Below are positions 1 through 10,130 of a stretch of DNA of 64,000 nt, in pieces. The notes beneath the pieces were generated by a model. It ran no database searches. It was not told the DNA's origin and worked only from the letters and a program-made list of their open reading frames with translations. This DNA comes from a virus. The translations under genes and the position numbers were made by a program. Where the stretch lies: positions 47,678 through 111,677 of the IMG/VR virus record IMGVR_UViG_3300031707_000003. One strand, written 5' to 3'. Every line of letters begins with the position of its first letter. The stretch's first letter is position 1.

Positions 1-1845
1 GGTGGCTTCGCCGCGTTCACGACTCGCTTCCGAGGGTCCCTTTTCGACACCAAGGATCCGAACCGTCCGCAACCCATCGCAGGGGCCACCCAGAGCGGGT
101 TCGTTCTCATCGTTGCTGACGCCGAGGCCGCGATCGGGCTCATTCGCCTCATTCGAATCCTGCTCAGGTTCTTCGGCAAGGAGTTCCTGAACCCGAAGTA
201 CGCACCCCCGGCCAACTTCAAGGTGCTGCCTGTCGGATCGAAAGGGGACCCGCTTCTCTCGATCGTGAAAGTCTTCCAGGAAAAGCCGAAGTCCCTCGTT
301 GTGGAGTGGACGCTCCCTCAAGGCACGCGAGCTGGAGACCCAGGCTTCGCGGATCTCTTAGGATCCGTCGCGACCGAGTTCGTCCCCCCTCGGTTTCTCA
401 TAGAGAAGAGTGAGGTCAGTCCCAACGGTGAGATCCCCGACACTCAATTGGGGAATGCTAGCGCTACCGGGCGGGTAACTACGCTTGTCGACACCAACTT
501 CGAGGTCCGGGGGCAGCCGGGTAAGATCATCCAGCGCAAGGTCCGGCTGAACGATACGGATGGGGACCCTTTCATCAAAGCCCAGAAGTACATCGTGATC
601 GACACGAGCAACAACACCGCGACCTTCCTCTTGGGTCAGCTCGGGACGTTCCGTTACATCGACCACGACGTTGTGCCCGACAAGACCTACTGGTACCGCG
701 TGCGAGCCTACAGCGGCAATCTCACATTGAGTGGTACCAGCGTCCCATTCAAGGTCGTGAAGAACGTCGTGGAGAAGGCCGCCTATGTCGAGTGGCCTGG
801 GGACACGCCCACCATGGGGAAGGCCACCCCGTTCGTTCGTGTGCGGATGCCCAACGTCCCCAATTTTGACGTGATCGAGAACCTGAAGCGTGTCTTCCAA
901 ACGGCCTTCTCGTTCAACTTCCATCTCCCGCCCGCCCAGGGCTCGCAATTCGACGCGTCCGGATTGCCGCTGAATGACGCGACCCCGGCGTCCCAGGTGG
1001 GGACAGGTTCGCTCACGAAGTTTGCCGGTCCTCTCGCCTCTTTCCAAGCGATTCCTGCGGTGGGTACAGCCATCTCCAAATCGCTCGCTGCCAACCCCGC
1101 GACGGGGGCGCCCGACGATCTGCCATGGCAGAGGACCAGCGTTCGAGCCAACTCGACTCGGCTCGCGAACATCGTTTCGGGGGCTATGTTGGAGAGCGGG
1201 TCGGCGGATGCCTTCCGGCAGCTCATGCAAGGACCACCGCCCAAGGCACCCACGACCGCGAAACTCCCGTCTACATCGATCTCAGCCATGGTGTTCGCTC
1301 TGACGGACATCCAGGCTGATGGCACGGTCAGCCAGGACACCGCCATCCTCTACTCAAACGCCTTTACGGACGCCAACGCCCGAGTAGACATCTTGTCGGT
1401 CATCAACTTCATCAAGGGGTTCACCCTTGGGGGTGTCCCGCCGGACTGGATCCAGATCAGCATCCTTCGCGACATCATCCCTTGGTCGGGGCAGATGCTC
1501 TACGAGCTGATCGCGAAGATCCAAGCGCTCCTCGACGCCTTCAAGGGGATGCTCGACGAGATCAAGAACTTCATCGACCTCATCATCCGCAAGATCAATG
1601 TCTTGGAGCAGTTCATCGCGTACCTCCTGTCGATCCTCGACTTCATCGACGCTCTTTCGGCCGGATTTTTCGTTCTGGCCGTCCCGGAAACGGGTGGCGA
1701 CGCCGGTACATGGGCAAGCCTCGTTGAAAACGCAGGTGGGGACAAGCCGCCAAGCGGACCGGGTGGGTATACCGCCGGGATTTCCCTGGCCTATGTGGCG
1801 GTGGACGTCGGGGCCTTCGTCGCGGCGTTCAAGCTCATCTTCTAG
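1..1845 (+). CDS. Virion structural protein (5'-partial) with an FN3-like domain; probable tail/baseplate component
   Basis: Frame 1 is open from base 1 into the 223..1845 ORF. FN3-like signature 'FRYIDHDVVPDKTYWYRVRAY'; C-terminal amphipathic helices; lies directly upstream of baseplate genes. Confidence 0.6.
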   Translation, partial: GGFAAFTTRFRGSLFDTKDPNRPQPIAGATQSGFVLIVADAEAAIGLIRLIRILLRFFGKEFLNPKYAPPANFKVLPVGSKGDPLLSIVKVFQEKPKSLVVEWTLPQGTRAGDPGFADLLGSVATEFVPPRFLIEKSEVSPNGEIPDTQLGNASATGRVTTLVDTNFEVRGQPGKIIQRKVRLNDTDGDPFIKAQKYIVIDTSNNTATFLLGQLGTFRYIDHDVVPDKTYWYRVRAYSGNLTLSGTSVPFKVVKNVVEKAAYVEWPGDTPTMGKATPFVRVRMPNVPNFDVIENLKRVFQTAFSFNFHLPPAQGSQFDASGLPLNDATPASQVGTGSLTKFAGPLASFQAIPAVGTAISKSLAANPATGAPDDLPWQRTSVRANSTRLANIVSGAMLESGSADAFRQLMQGPPPKAPTTAKLPSTSISAMVFALTDIQADGTVSQDTAILYSNAFTDANARVDILSVINFIKGFTLGGVPPDWIQISILRDIIPWSGQMLYELIAKIQALLDAFKGMLDEIKNFIDLIIRKINVLEQFIAYLLSILDFIDALSAGFFVLAVPETGGDAGTWASLVENAGGDKPPSGPGGYTAGISLAYVAVDVGAFVAAFKLIF

Positions 1846-1886
1846 GAGGGCTGTTTTCCTCTTGTAACCCCACAGGATCGGGCAGT

Positions 1887-2633
1887 ATGAGCTTCGATTT
1901 CAAAGGCACGTTCACGAAGAGCCAGTTCGACAGGTTTTCAACCTTCGTTCGGGCTCAAACGTCCACGATCGACGCTCGTATCGCTCACTTGAAGGCGGAG
2001 CAGGCTCGGATAGGCAACCTCGCGTTCGCGTTCGACGCAGGAGGGGTGCCTACAGCAATGTCTGCGGACCCTCCGACCTCAACGTACGTTGGCAAGCTTT
2101 TCGGTGTCTACGAGGGCCTCGGCGGCGATGCTGAGTTCGACCTCCAAGTCCGAAGCACGGGGCAGGCGATTTTCCGGGCTACGGGGGATGAGACCAAAAC
2201 GCCCCAGCAGATGAGCAACGGTGACGTTCTCGGGACTCCCGGCCTCTCGGATGCTCAGACTGCGAACTCGATGGGGCAGGCGAGCGCCTGGGTACAAGAC
2301 ATTCTGACCTACCGCCGCGAAGCCCTAGAACGGAAGATCCGTCGGGCGGTCGACTACGGGGACCAGCTCCAAGTTGAGATCAACACGCTCAACCGGATCA
2401 AAGCGGACGCCACGATCAACGGAGCGCTGGAGTTCATCCTCAACGGGATCAACGCATTGATCTCGGATCGTCAATACCTCGCGGCATCGAACGACAGCAG
2501 CAAGCCTGACCCGCACGGAAAACTCGCGTACGCTCCGTTCGCCGCTTACATGCCCGGTCCAGACCGGTCTGAGGTCACGGACTTCGAGCGCACACTCGAT
2601 GGGCCCGCCGTACCGGAAGGGACGGGGACGTGA
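1887..2633 (+). CDS. Hypothetical virion/baseplate-associated protein (coiled-coil rich)
   Basis: 248 aa ORF with typical codon usage, overlapping the next gene by 4 nt (GTGA). Confidence 0.6.
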   Translation: MSFDFKGTFTKSQFDRFSTFVRAQTSTIDARIAHLKAEQARIGNLAFAFDAGGVPTAMSADPPTSTYVGKLFGVYEGLGGDAEFDLQVRSTGQAIFRATGDETKTPQQMSNGDVLGTPGLSDAQTANSMGQASAWVQDILTYRREALERKIRRAVDYGDQLQVEINTLNRIKADATINGALEFILNGINALISDRQYLAASNDSSKPDPHGKLAYAPFAAYMPGPDRSEVTDFERTLDGPAVPEGTGT

Positions 2634-3769
2634 GTTACGATCGCCAAATCGATCAGGTCTGCCACCACTTGGTGGCCGAAGAGGCCCTCTTCGTGGAGAC
2701 CGATTACTTGACGGTCCGCCCACTTCGTCCCATCGCCTCCTCGAACTCCGTTCGCGTGCGGTTGGATGGCGCCTTCGAGGTCCCTTCAGTGGGTGTGGCC
2801 TCACCGGGGACTAGCGCGGGCACCAAAGAGGGTCCGTTCAACATCATGCAGGGTGTGAACGACACCTTTGTCGTTTCGGTCAATCAGGGGGCCCCGCAAA
2901 CGGCCGTCATCCCAACGGCTAACAAGCTCCCCGTGGACCGGCTTGTGGACCTCCTCGACAGGTCCTTCCAAGGGCTCTCTTTCGAGCTGCTCGGGAATCG
3001 CATCGCCTTCCGAACGACATCCAAGGGTCGGGGGGCCAGCGTCTTCATTTTGCCCACAAGCACGTTGGCGGCCACCCTTGGGATTGCGGTGAACCGCGAG
3101 TTTCGAGGGCAGCAAGTAGCTCCCGGTTGGACGCTCGTGAGCGCCCCCAACACGCTCCCGGATCGCCCCCTTCGGCTCATCATCTTTGATCAGCCCCTTC
3201 GCAGCGGCTCGGATTTCGTCGAGATCAACTACACGACCACTCGGCAAGAGTGCCGTAGGTGTGGTGGAACGGGGGTCGAAAACGACTTCCGTTACGGCCT
3301 ACACGGCGACCCCGTTCAAGTTCGCGATGAGGCTCTACTCATCCAAGAGCTACAGAAGAACTTCTACACGATCCGAGGGACGAACCCGTTTCACATCTGG
3401 TACGGGACCGGTCTCTTGGAAACCATCGGCAAGAAGCTCTCAGCCGGTGGGCTCATCCAGAACCTCATCGTCTCGGATATTTACCAGGCATTCAACCGTT
3501 GGCAGAGCATCAAGCGGCAGCAAGAAGAGAAGGTCGGTCAGAACGTCTCTGACAAGGAGTACCCCCTTCGCTTGCTTTCCGTTGATCTCCAGCAGAGCAC
3601 ACAGGATCCCACGGTGGTTTTCGTCAGCATCACGGTCCAGAACCGATCGAACGACCCTATCCAGTTGGAGCGGGGCCTCAAGCTTCCTCAGCCGTCGGAC
3701 CTCTTGGGCTCAACAGCTCAACAGGGTGTCATTCGGCAATCCCTCAGCGACTTTGTCCTTACCGGGTGA
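2630..3769 (+). CDS. gp25/GPW-like baseplate wedge protein with N-terminal extension and CxxCxGxG Zn-finger-like motif
   Basis: C-terminal half resembles gp25 ('LLIQELQKNFYTIRGTNPFHIWYGTGL...QQSTQDPTVVFVSITV'); contains 'CRRCGGTG'; immediately upstream of baseplate J. Confidence 0.7.
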   Translation: MSYDRQIDQVCHHLVAEEALFVETDYLTVRPLRPIASSNSVRVRLDGAFEVPSVGVASPGTSAGTKEGPFNIMQGVNDTFVVSVNQGAPQTAVIPTANKLPVDRLVDLLDRSFQGLSFELLGNRIAFRTTSKGRGASVFILPTSTLAATLGIAVNREFRGQQVAPGWTLVSAPNTLPDRPLRLIIFDQPLRSGSDFVEINYTTTRQECRRCGGTGVENDFRYGLHGDPVQVRDEALLIQELQKNFYTIRGTNPFHIWYGTGLLETIGKKLSAGGLIQNLIVSDIYQAFNRWQSIKRQQEEKVGQNVSDKEYPLRLLSVDLQQSTQDPTVVFVSITVQNRSNDPIQLERGLKLPQPSDLLGSTAQQGVIRQSLSDFVLTG

Positions 3770-3772
3770 TCG

Positions 3773-6700
3773 ATGGCAACAGCGCCCCAAATTGCTCTTC
3801 GCGACGGTTCTGGGTTCACGACGAACCTCGTCTTCACGACGAACCAAGACTCCACCACCATTGTGGGGACGGTGGACGTCAACACGTCAGTCATCCAGGT
3901 GTCGATCAACGGGGCCGCCTTCGTTTCGGATCCAACGCTGGTCAGTTTCGCACTCCAGACCTTCACGGTCCCTAACTTGGCGTCGTTCCCCACGGGGCTG
4001 CTTTTGGAGGTGGGACTCAACACCATCCAGCTCCGCACGATCGACATCGTAGGTGGTGTCTCGGCCATCTCGACGGTCGCGATCACAAGGGTACGGTCGA
4101 TTGACAGCAGCGCAGCCCCCATTCCGACGGGCATCCGAGTCCATCGCCGCCGCAACTCCGTAGACTTGTTGGCAGGGAAGCCCCAGACGGCCACGCTCAT
4201 TGTCCCGAGCGGTCAAAGTGGCAGCGGTAGCATCACCCCTTTCCAAACGGGCCTCCTTGTCACCGTAGACACCCCGACCCCCATTGGGTTCAATTTCTAT
4301 GCTGCGACGGCACCGGCGGGCGGTTCCACGGGGTACTTCAAGCTCAACGCCAAGCCGATTCTAACTTCGACCGTCTTCGAGGAGGATGTTCTCGGGACGC
4401 TGGACGACTTCGCGGTCTGGGACAACATCGATCACAACACAGTCCGCATCCGGGTAACTGAAGAGGATGGTTTCGGCAACGAGCTGGCCGTTCGACTCGA
4501 CTCGTTCCACGACACCTCCACATTAGCAGGACGGCTACGATTCCAGAGTACGACAGATAACTTCGTCCTCAACGAGTTCGTGACGTTCAACCACATCCGA
4601 ACGGGAGCCCCCGGCACCCTCAACTCCGATCAGTTCTCAAACGTCTCCAACAACGACCCCCTGTACTACGTGATCACGGGCGTTTACTTCGATCAGACCA
4701 CCAACACAGAGATCGAGACCCCCTTCTCACAAGAAGTTTTGGGTACCCCGCTCGTTCTCGACACCTCGATTCGAGACCTACCTGGTCGCAACCAGACGCA
4801 GATCGTTACCGACTACATCAACTCGGTTCAGCGGGTCAACACCGAGATCAGCCTCATTCCTGGATCGACGACTCGGGATATCAACGTCGACCCGTTCGCC
4901 TCCGAGGCGGAGCGCATCTGGTTTCTCGTCGACTTCGTTCATCGCAGCCAGAGCTTCCTCACGCTCCTCGCGATCGACAATGTGAGCGGAAGCGGGATTT
5001 CGGATCCCGTGGCAAGCAGCGCCTACAAGCAAGCTCTCAAGGCCGCTGTTGGGTACACAAGCGACGACACAGTCCAGTCGCTCATCGATCAGCAGTTCGA
5101 CAAGCTCGCAGCCAATGACAACGTGTCGAGGCTTGCGGGTCGTCCGTCGGTCGGACAGGTCGTCATCTACACGCCGACGAAGCCCACGACCGACCTCGTC
5201 ATCCCAGCGGGCACCTTCGTTACCTCCGATGCAGATGCTACAACGGGCATCCCTGCTCAGCGCTACCGCATCGGCGGCTCTTTCGTGCTTCCCGTCGTAG
5301 GTGCTGAGGCCTTCTTCAACTTCAACACGAAGCGTTACGAGATCACTGCCGATATCGTTGCGGAGAACATCGGTGGGGCTGGTAACAGACCTGCGGGGAC
5401 CATCAACTCGATCCTCGGGGTCTCCGGGGTCTCGGCCGTTAACACGGAAGCAACAGTCTTCGGTGACGACCGTGAGTCCAACGCCGACCTTTCGTCGCGG
5501 GCCATCCTCGGTTTCGCCTCGGTCGACACGGGTACCGAAGGCGGCTACGCGGCCACCGCTGCGGCCGAACTAGGGGTCATTAAGGCCAAGATCGTCAAGA
5601 GCGGCGACTCGCTCATGATGCGTGACTACGACGATGTTCGTCACAAGCACATCGGTGGGAAAGTCGACATCTACATCCAGGGTCTTCGTGAGCGACAGGT
5701 CTCGGAGAAGTTCGCCTTCACGTTCGACATCGCTCGCGACATCCAGATCCAGATTATCGATCTGACGAACCTGATCTTCCGCGTTCTCGACTCACGTGTC
5801 ACGGCACAGACGCCGATCATCGAGATCCTGAACAACCCGCTCCAGGGACTTGGCGTACACAATGTGACGTCTGGCCTCGACTACGATCTCACGGGCGTCA
5901 TCATCGTCGACTACCAGACGTTCCAGATCAACACGTCGATCGCCCAGCCCCCCACGTTCATCGACGACATCATCAACGCCGATTACCGCTTCCGTGTCAT
6001 CAACCAGTTCCTCTTCACGCTTCAGCCCGTTCGTCGCGTCATCTCCGTCGTTGGTGAGGTCGCGGGGCCGCTTGACCCCGCCAACAACTACCAGCTCTAC
6101 AAGACCGACGACCCTCTCATCACGGGAGAGAGCACCATCGCTCTCGACAACCTCTCGATCATCCAATTCGGGGGTAAGCCGAGCGGCGACACCATCACGA
6201 TCAACGATGAACCCCACACCCTGATCGGGTTCGTCCAAGAGCCTCTCGACTCGATCGGGATCAATACGGCTACGATCAAGGTCTTCAACGCACCGCGTAC
6301 GATCCAGTACAATGGCCCTGGCTCCGCGTTGCCCGACTATGACGTCGTAGAGGGGACCCCCACGACTCCTGCGAAGATCGTGAGGACCTCGTCTTCGGCC
6401 ATCGATAACGGTCTGGCGGTATCAGTTGACTACGTTCACGACGAGAACTTCACGGTCACGTACGTCATCAACGACCTGCTCCAAGCGCTCCAGCAGATCA
6501 TCAACAACAAGCGTCACGTGACAGCCGACGTCTTGGTGAAGCAGGCCATCGAGAACCAGATCGACATCGAAACGACTGTCCAGCTCAACAAGGGTGCGAC
6601 CAAGGACAAGACCGACCCCGCCGTGCGGTCGAACGTCTCTTTGGAGCTGAACAAGAAAGTGATTGGACAGGGGATCGCCCAATCGGACGTCATCCACGCC

Positions 6701-7273
6701 ATCGACGCGACTCCAGGTGTCGACTTCCAGGTCGTCCCCTTCGCACGGATGGCTTATGCGGACGGCTCCAGGAAGCTACGTGAGGCGGTCCTCTCGACCT
6801 TCGTTCGTGTGGGCTCGCTCGACATCGGAGGCAACCGCGTCTTCCTTCTGACGAACCCTCTCCAGAACCCCACAATCGACGGTGGTGGCCTCATCACCGA
6901 GCACAAGGGAGTCTTTCAGGACGACGTGTCTCTCACCCTCTCCAGCGCTCTCACGAACGTTGGGCAGAACCCCAAGCAGGCCTACATCATCGGGTACACG
7001 GGTGCGGTGATTGCGGGTTACTCCGATGACGCCACACTTCTTGCAGCGGGCTTCTTGCCGGATCAACTTGCGGCTGAACGCCTACGACGCACGGCCAACC
7101 ACGTAGCCATCGCTCTCTCTGGGGCTGGGCTGCCGCCGGACGACCCGTCGAACCACGCCTACCAGGCGAGCTACATCATCAACAAGGACTCCCGGTCCCA
7201 TGACATCGTAGCGGCCGACGTCGAGTTTATCGACTTGGGCAACTTTACGATCACCTATCGGGAAGCGACCTGA
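3773..7273 (+). CDS. Baseplate J-like wedge protein (large, 1166 aa)
   Basis: J-like motifs 'IPGSTTRDI', 'LVIPAGTFV', 'AENIGGAGN...NTEATVFGDDRESNADL', 'GGKVDIY', plus synteny gp25-J-I. Confidence 0.85.
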   Translation: MATAPQIALRDGSGFTTNLVFTTNQDSTTIVGTVDVNTSVIQVSINGAAFVSDPTLVSFALQTFTVPNLASFPTGLLLEVGLNTIQLRTIDIVGGVSAISTVAITRVRSIDSSAAPIPTGIRVHRRRNSVDLLAGKPQTATLIVPSGQSGSGSITPFQTGLLVTVDTPTPIGFNFYAATAPAGGSTGYFKLNAKPILTSTVFEEDVLGTLDDFAVWDNIDHNTVRIRVTEEDGFGNELAVRLDSFHDTSTLAGRLRFQSTTDNFVLNEFVTFNHIRTGAPGTLNSDQFSNVSNNDPLYYVITGVYFDQTTNTEIETPFSQEVLGTPLVLDTSIRDLPGRNQTQIVTDYINSVQRVNTEISLIPGSTTRDINVDPFASEAERIWFLVDFVHRSQSFLTLLAIDNVSGSGISDPVASSAYKQALKAAVGYTSDDTVQSLIDQQFDKLAANDNVSRLAGRPSVGQVVIYTPTKPTTDLVIPAGTFVTSDADATTGIPAQRYRIGGSFVLPVVGAEAFFNFNTKRYEITADIVAENIGGAGNRPAGTINSILGVSGVSAVNTEATVFGDDRESNADLSSRAILGFASVDTGTEGGYAATAAAELGVIKAKIVKSGDSLMMRDYDDVRHKHIGGKVDIYIQGLRERQVSEKFAFTFDIARDIQIQIIDLTNLIFRVLDSRVTAQTPIIEILNNPLQGLGVHNVTSGLDYDLTGVIIVDYQTFQINTSIAQPPTFIDDIINADYRFRVINQFLFTLQPVRRVISVVGEVAGPLDPANNYQLYKTDDPLITGESTIALDNLSIIQFGGKPSGDTITINDEPHTLIGFVQEPLDSIGINTATIKVFNAPRTIQYNGPGSALPDYDVVEGTPTTPAKIVRTSSSAIDNGLAVSVDYVHDENFTVTYVINDLLQALQQIINNKRHVTADVLVKQAIENQIDIETTVQLNKGATKDKTDPAVRSNVSLELNKKVIGQGIAQSDVIHAIDATPGVDFQVVPFARMAYADGSRKLREAVLSTFVRVGSLDIGGNRVFLLTNPLQNPTIDGGGLITEHKGVFQDDVSLTLSSALTNVGQNPKQAYIIGYTGAVIAGYSDDATLLAAGFLPDQLAAERLRRTANHVAIALSGAGLPPDDPSNHAYQASYIINKDSRSHDIVAADVEFIDLGNFTITYREAT

Positions 7274-7491
7274 TGGACCTCGCCAAGTTGACCCACGAAG
7301 AGAGGATGCGGCTCGCGGCGAGCATGGTGCAGCCCATCCGATGTGGCGGCACCGAGTACATCGACGGGAAGCTGTATTATCGACTCCAGGGCTGGCTCGT
7401 GCCCAGCGATGTAGTGGAGCAAGGGTGGCCTGCCATCAAAGCCTACCAAAGCACGCATGCACCCTATGTTCTTCGCCGTAGGGGGGTCTGA
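7273..7491 (+). CDS. Small hypothetical protein coupled between baseplate J and gpI-like genes
   Basis: 72 aa ORF with TGATG overlaps at both ends. Confidence 0.6.
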   Translation: MDLAKLTHEERMRLAASMVQPIRCGGTEYIDGKLYYRLQGWLVPSDVVEQGWPAIKAYQSTHAPYVLRRRGV

Positions 7492-8306
7492 TGGCACGGT
7501 TTCAACCGGATACGAACCGGCTAAATCACACGATCGACCAGAAGGGCAAGGAATACAACCTCCGGCTCCTTCAACGGGCGCAGACCATCTTCACCACGCT
7601 CCTGAACTTGCTCCCGTCGAACTACATCTCGGCGATCCAAGGTCCCAACTACACGAACGAACTGAAGGCTGTCGCGGTTGAATTGGCCCGCATTGAGCTG
7701 TCGCTTGAGGACATCAACACGGATCGGGACTTCACCACAACCCGCTCGGACTTCCTGTACTCGATCGTTGGGTACCTCATGCTCGTCAACGGGCGGCTCC
7801 CTCCGTTGGAGTTCAATGACTCAGAATTCCGGGACTTCCTGCTCAATCTCCTTCGAATCTACTTCCAGGGCTCGATCCCAAAGTCGATGGCGGACGTGGT
7901 CAAGCTCTTCTTGACCGGTGACATCAGGGTCACCGAAGACTTCCTCCTCGTTCGCAAGGGGGCGTCGGGTCTCGATATTTCGGACCAGTTCGTCTTCGAC
8001 ATCGACGTTGTGGCGCCCCCAGGTGGCGGGTTCCCTCCGAATGTCTTTGGAGCTGACTCGGCGATCCGCATGGTGCTCGACTTGACCCGGCCTGCGCACA
8101 CCCTTTTCCGGATCCGCTACATTTTCAACGACCAGTACATCCCGAACGACACCCTCGGGAAAATCCTCGACGCCATGCGGTGGAACATGGGCGCGTACTA
8201 TTACGACGACTTTCGGGCGTATTGGCAGGGAATCCGGAACCGGGACCGCCTTGGCCGTAAGGTGAACCAGAACGTCGGGGACGAAGACCACTCAGACGAC
8301 TTCTGA
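7491..8306 (+). CDS. Baseplate wedge protein, P2 gpI/Mu gp48-like
   Basis: 'LLNLLPSNY...DFLYSIVGY...FRDFLLNLLRIYFQGS...LDLTRPAHT' (xxPAH motif); position after baseplate J. Confidence 0.7.
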   Translation: MARFQPDTNRLNHTIDQKGKEYNLRLLQRAQTIFTTLLNLLPSNYISAIQGPNYTNELKAVAVELARIELSLEDINTDRDFTTTRSDFLYSIVGYLMLVNGRLPPLEFNDSEFRDFLLNLLRIYFQGSIPKSMADVVKLFLTGDIRVTEDFLLVRKGASGLDISDQFVFDIDVVAPPGGGFPPNVFGADSAIRMVLDLTRPAHTLFRIRYIFNDQYIPNDTLGKILDAMRWNMGAYYYDDFRAYWQGIRNRDRLGRKVNQNVGDEDHSDDF

Positions 8307-8341
8307 ATCCTTTCATGCGTCCTCGGAAGAGGAGGGTCTGC

Positions 8342-8860
8342 ATGCACATCCTGGAGACGGTTCCCAACGTCCGCGCTAAGGTTCGGATCCGCCAAGAGCG
8401 CCCTTACGAGTACGACGAGGCTCGGGGCCTCTGGTTGTACCGCCACGTGGACGAGGATGAGGAGGTTTTCAACATCCTCACGAACACGGGCCGGGTCCAA
8501 CTCCACAACTTCGCCTACGGCACCGTCGCTCGTGCGAACGGTTTCAACTACATCGGTCTGTCGAACGACGCGACGCCACCTGCTGCTGCGGACGCCTCTC
8601 TTCTGGCGGAGCTGACCAGCAACGGGCTCGGTCGGGCTCAGGGTACAGTGACACTACCCACGGGCGCGGGAAATCAGACGAGCATCCTGCACTTGTTCAC
8701 GTACACGGGCGGAGCACCCCAGGGCGTTCAGAAGTGCGCCCTTTTCGACTCGGCAGGTCCGCCGATCAGCGGCGTCATCAATCACGAGGTCCAGTTCGTC
8801 CAGAGAACCCTCCTCCTGAACGACACGCTCACGGTTTCGTACACGATTACGCTGGGCTAG
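8342..8860 (+). CDS. Tail-fibre attachment/collar-type protein (P2 gpH N-terminal-like)
   Basis: 'NILTNTGR...YIGLSNDATPPAAADASLLAEL...KCALFD...DTLTVSYTITL'. ATG at 8342 follows an SD-like GAGGAGG; the ORF track starts at 8315. Confidence 0.6.
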   Translation: MHILETVPNVRAKVRIRQERPYEYDEARGLWLYRHVDEDEEVFNILTNTGRVQLHNFAYGTVARANGFNYIGLSNDATPPAAADASLLAELTSNGLGRAQGTVTLPTGAGNQTSILHLFTYTGGAPQGVQKCALFDSAGPPISGVINHEVQFVQRTLLLNDTLTVSYTITLG

Positions 8861-8913
8861 ACCTAGGCACTGTTCAGTAGGCTCGAACTTCCTTCTATGC
8901 GCGGGGTTAGTCG

Positions 8914-10098
8914 ATGCCTGCTGCCTCCATCCAGTTCAGCCAAGGGATTCTGACGCCGGCCGCAGGGCAATCGGCGCTCGGGTTCGCGGCGAACGCTCTG
9001 GTCACGATGACCGATGCGGCAGGTCCGGGAGCGACCTCATGGTCGTGGCAGATCGTCGGCATCCCTGGGCCTCTGAGCGGGGCCCCTACGGTTAACAACC
9101 CCGCTACACAGACGGCAACCACGACACCGACGCTCGATGGGGTCTACGTCGTCAAGCTGACGCGGACTGACCCTGGCCCGGTTGTGACGACCGATGTGCG
9201 CTTCTTCGCCATTGGGGACACCGACTACGGGTTCGTGTTGCCTAGCGCGGGCATGACCGGGAACATGACCAACGTGCTTGGCTCAGCCGTCGCTCAGGCG
9301 GGCGGTTGGGAAGGCCGGCAGGACGGTGGCACCAACGTCTTCGTCGATGCCATCCTCCGGTTCTTGAGGTCCCGTGCAGGGCGCTTCCTCGGGCTCCTTC
9401 AGACGATCAGCTTTGCCAGTGCTTCTCCGAGCACGGTGACCGTGACCGACGCGGTGGACAAGCCGTGGCGAACGCTCAATCTGACGGGCACAGGACTCTA
9501 CACGGAGCAGATCGACAAGACGGGCTCCATCCCTACGGGCAAGCGTTTCCTCTACAAGATCAGCCTCACGGCGGGTTCGGGCGGGTTCGCGCTCCTCAAT
9601 GGAATCGCGGGTTCGAGCATCATGGCCCTCGTCGCTCCACCGAACGGAACGTTCACCTACAATGTCGAGGTAGGGTTCGACGGAACGAACTGGGTGGTCC
9701 AGAGGATTTCAGTGGCGGACCCTCTTGCTGTCCTGAAAACACGGGAGATCCCAGCCGTTTCAGGGCTTCAGTCGACGAGTCAGATCGTGGCGACACGCAT
9801 CGGATCCTTCCGGCTCGATCCGTCGAAGTACCCTGTGAACGCCCAAGTCACTTTTCAGGTCGCGGTGGAGACAACCGGGCCCCAAGTGACTGCCCAACTC
9901 TTCAACCTCACGGACAGCGTCATCGTTTCAGGTTCCGTCTTGGTGTCCGTGTCAACGCTTCCGGCATTCCTCACTTCGGGTGCACTGACGTTGCCACCAG
10001 GGCAAAAAGACTACGAGGTCCAGCTCTTCATGGCCAGCGGGGCGCCCACGGATCATGTCGAGTGTACAAGTGCGAAGGTGATTCTCACGTGGGGTTGA
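8914..10098 (+). CDS. Virion structural protein with N-terminal PKD/Ig-like domain
   Basis: 'ATSWSWQIVGIPG...TPTLDGVYVVKLT' PKD-like pattern; beta-rich; within the tail cluster. Confidence 0.6.
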   Translation: MPAASIQFSQGILTPAAGQSALGFAANALVTMTDAAGPGATSWSWQIVGIPGPLSGAPTVNNPATQTATTTPTLDGVYVVKLTRTDPGPVVTTDVRFFAIGDTDYGFVLPSAGMTGNMTNVLGSAVAQAGGWEGRQDGGTNVFVDAILRFLRSRAGRFLGLLQTISFASASPSTVTVTDAVDKPWRTLNLTGTGLYTEQIDKTGSIPTGKRFLYKISLTAGSGGFALLNGIAGSSIMALVAPPNGTFTYNVEVGFDGTNWVVQRISVADPLAVLKTREIPAVSGLQSTSQIVATRIGSFRLDPSKYPVNAQVTFQVAVETTGPQVTAQLFNLTDSVIVSGSVLVSVSTLPAFLTSGALTLPPGQKDYEVQLFMASGAPTDHVECTSAKVILTWG

Positions 10099-10130
10099 CA
10101 TAGTTCCCTACGCCTAAAAGGAAGAAATAG

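Noticed and set aside
2630-2653. MSYDRQID start of the gp25-like gene as a member of the YSYDRR leader family
   Set aside because: Only SYDR matches and the Ala-rich end is missing; probably chance.
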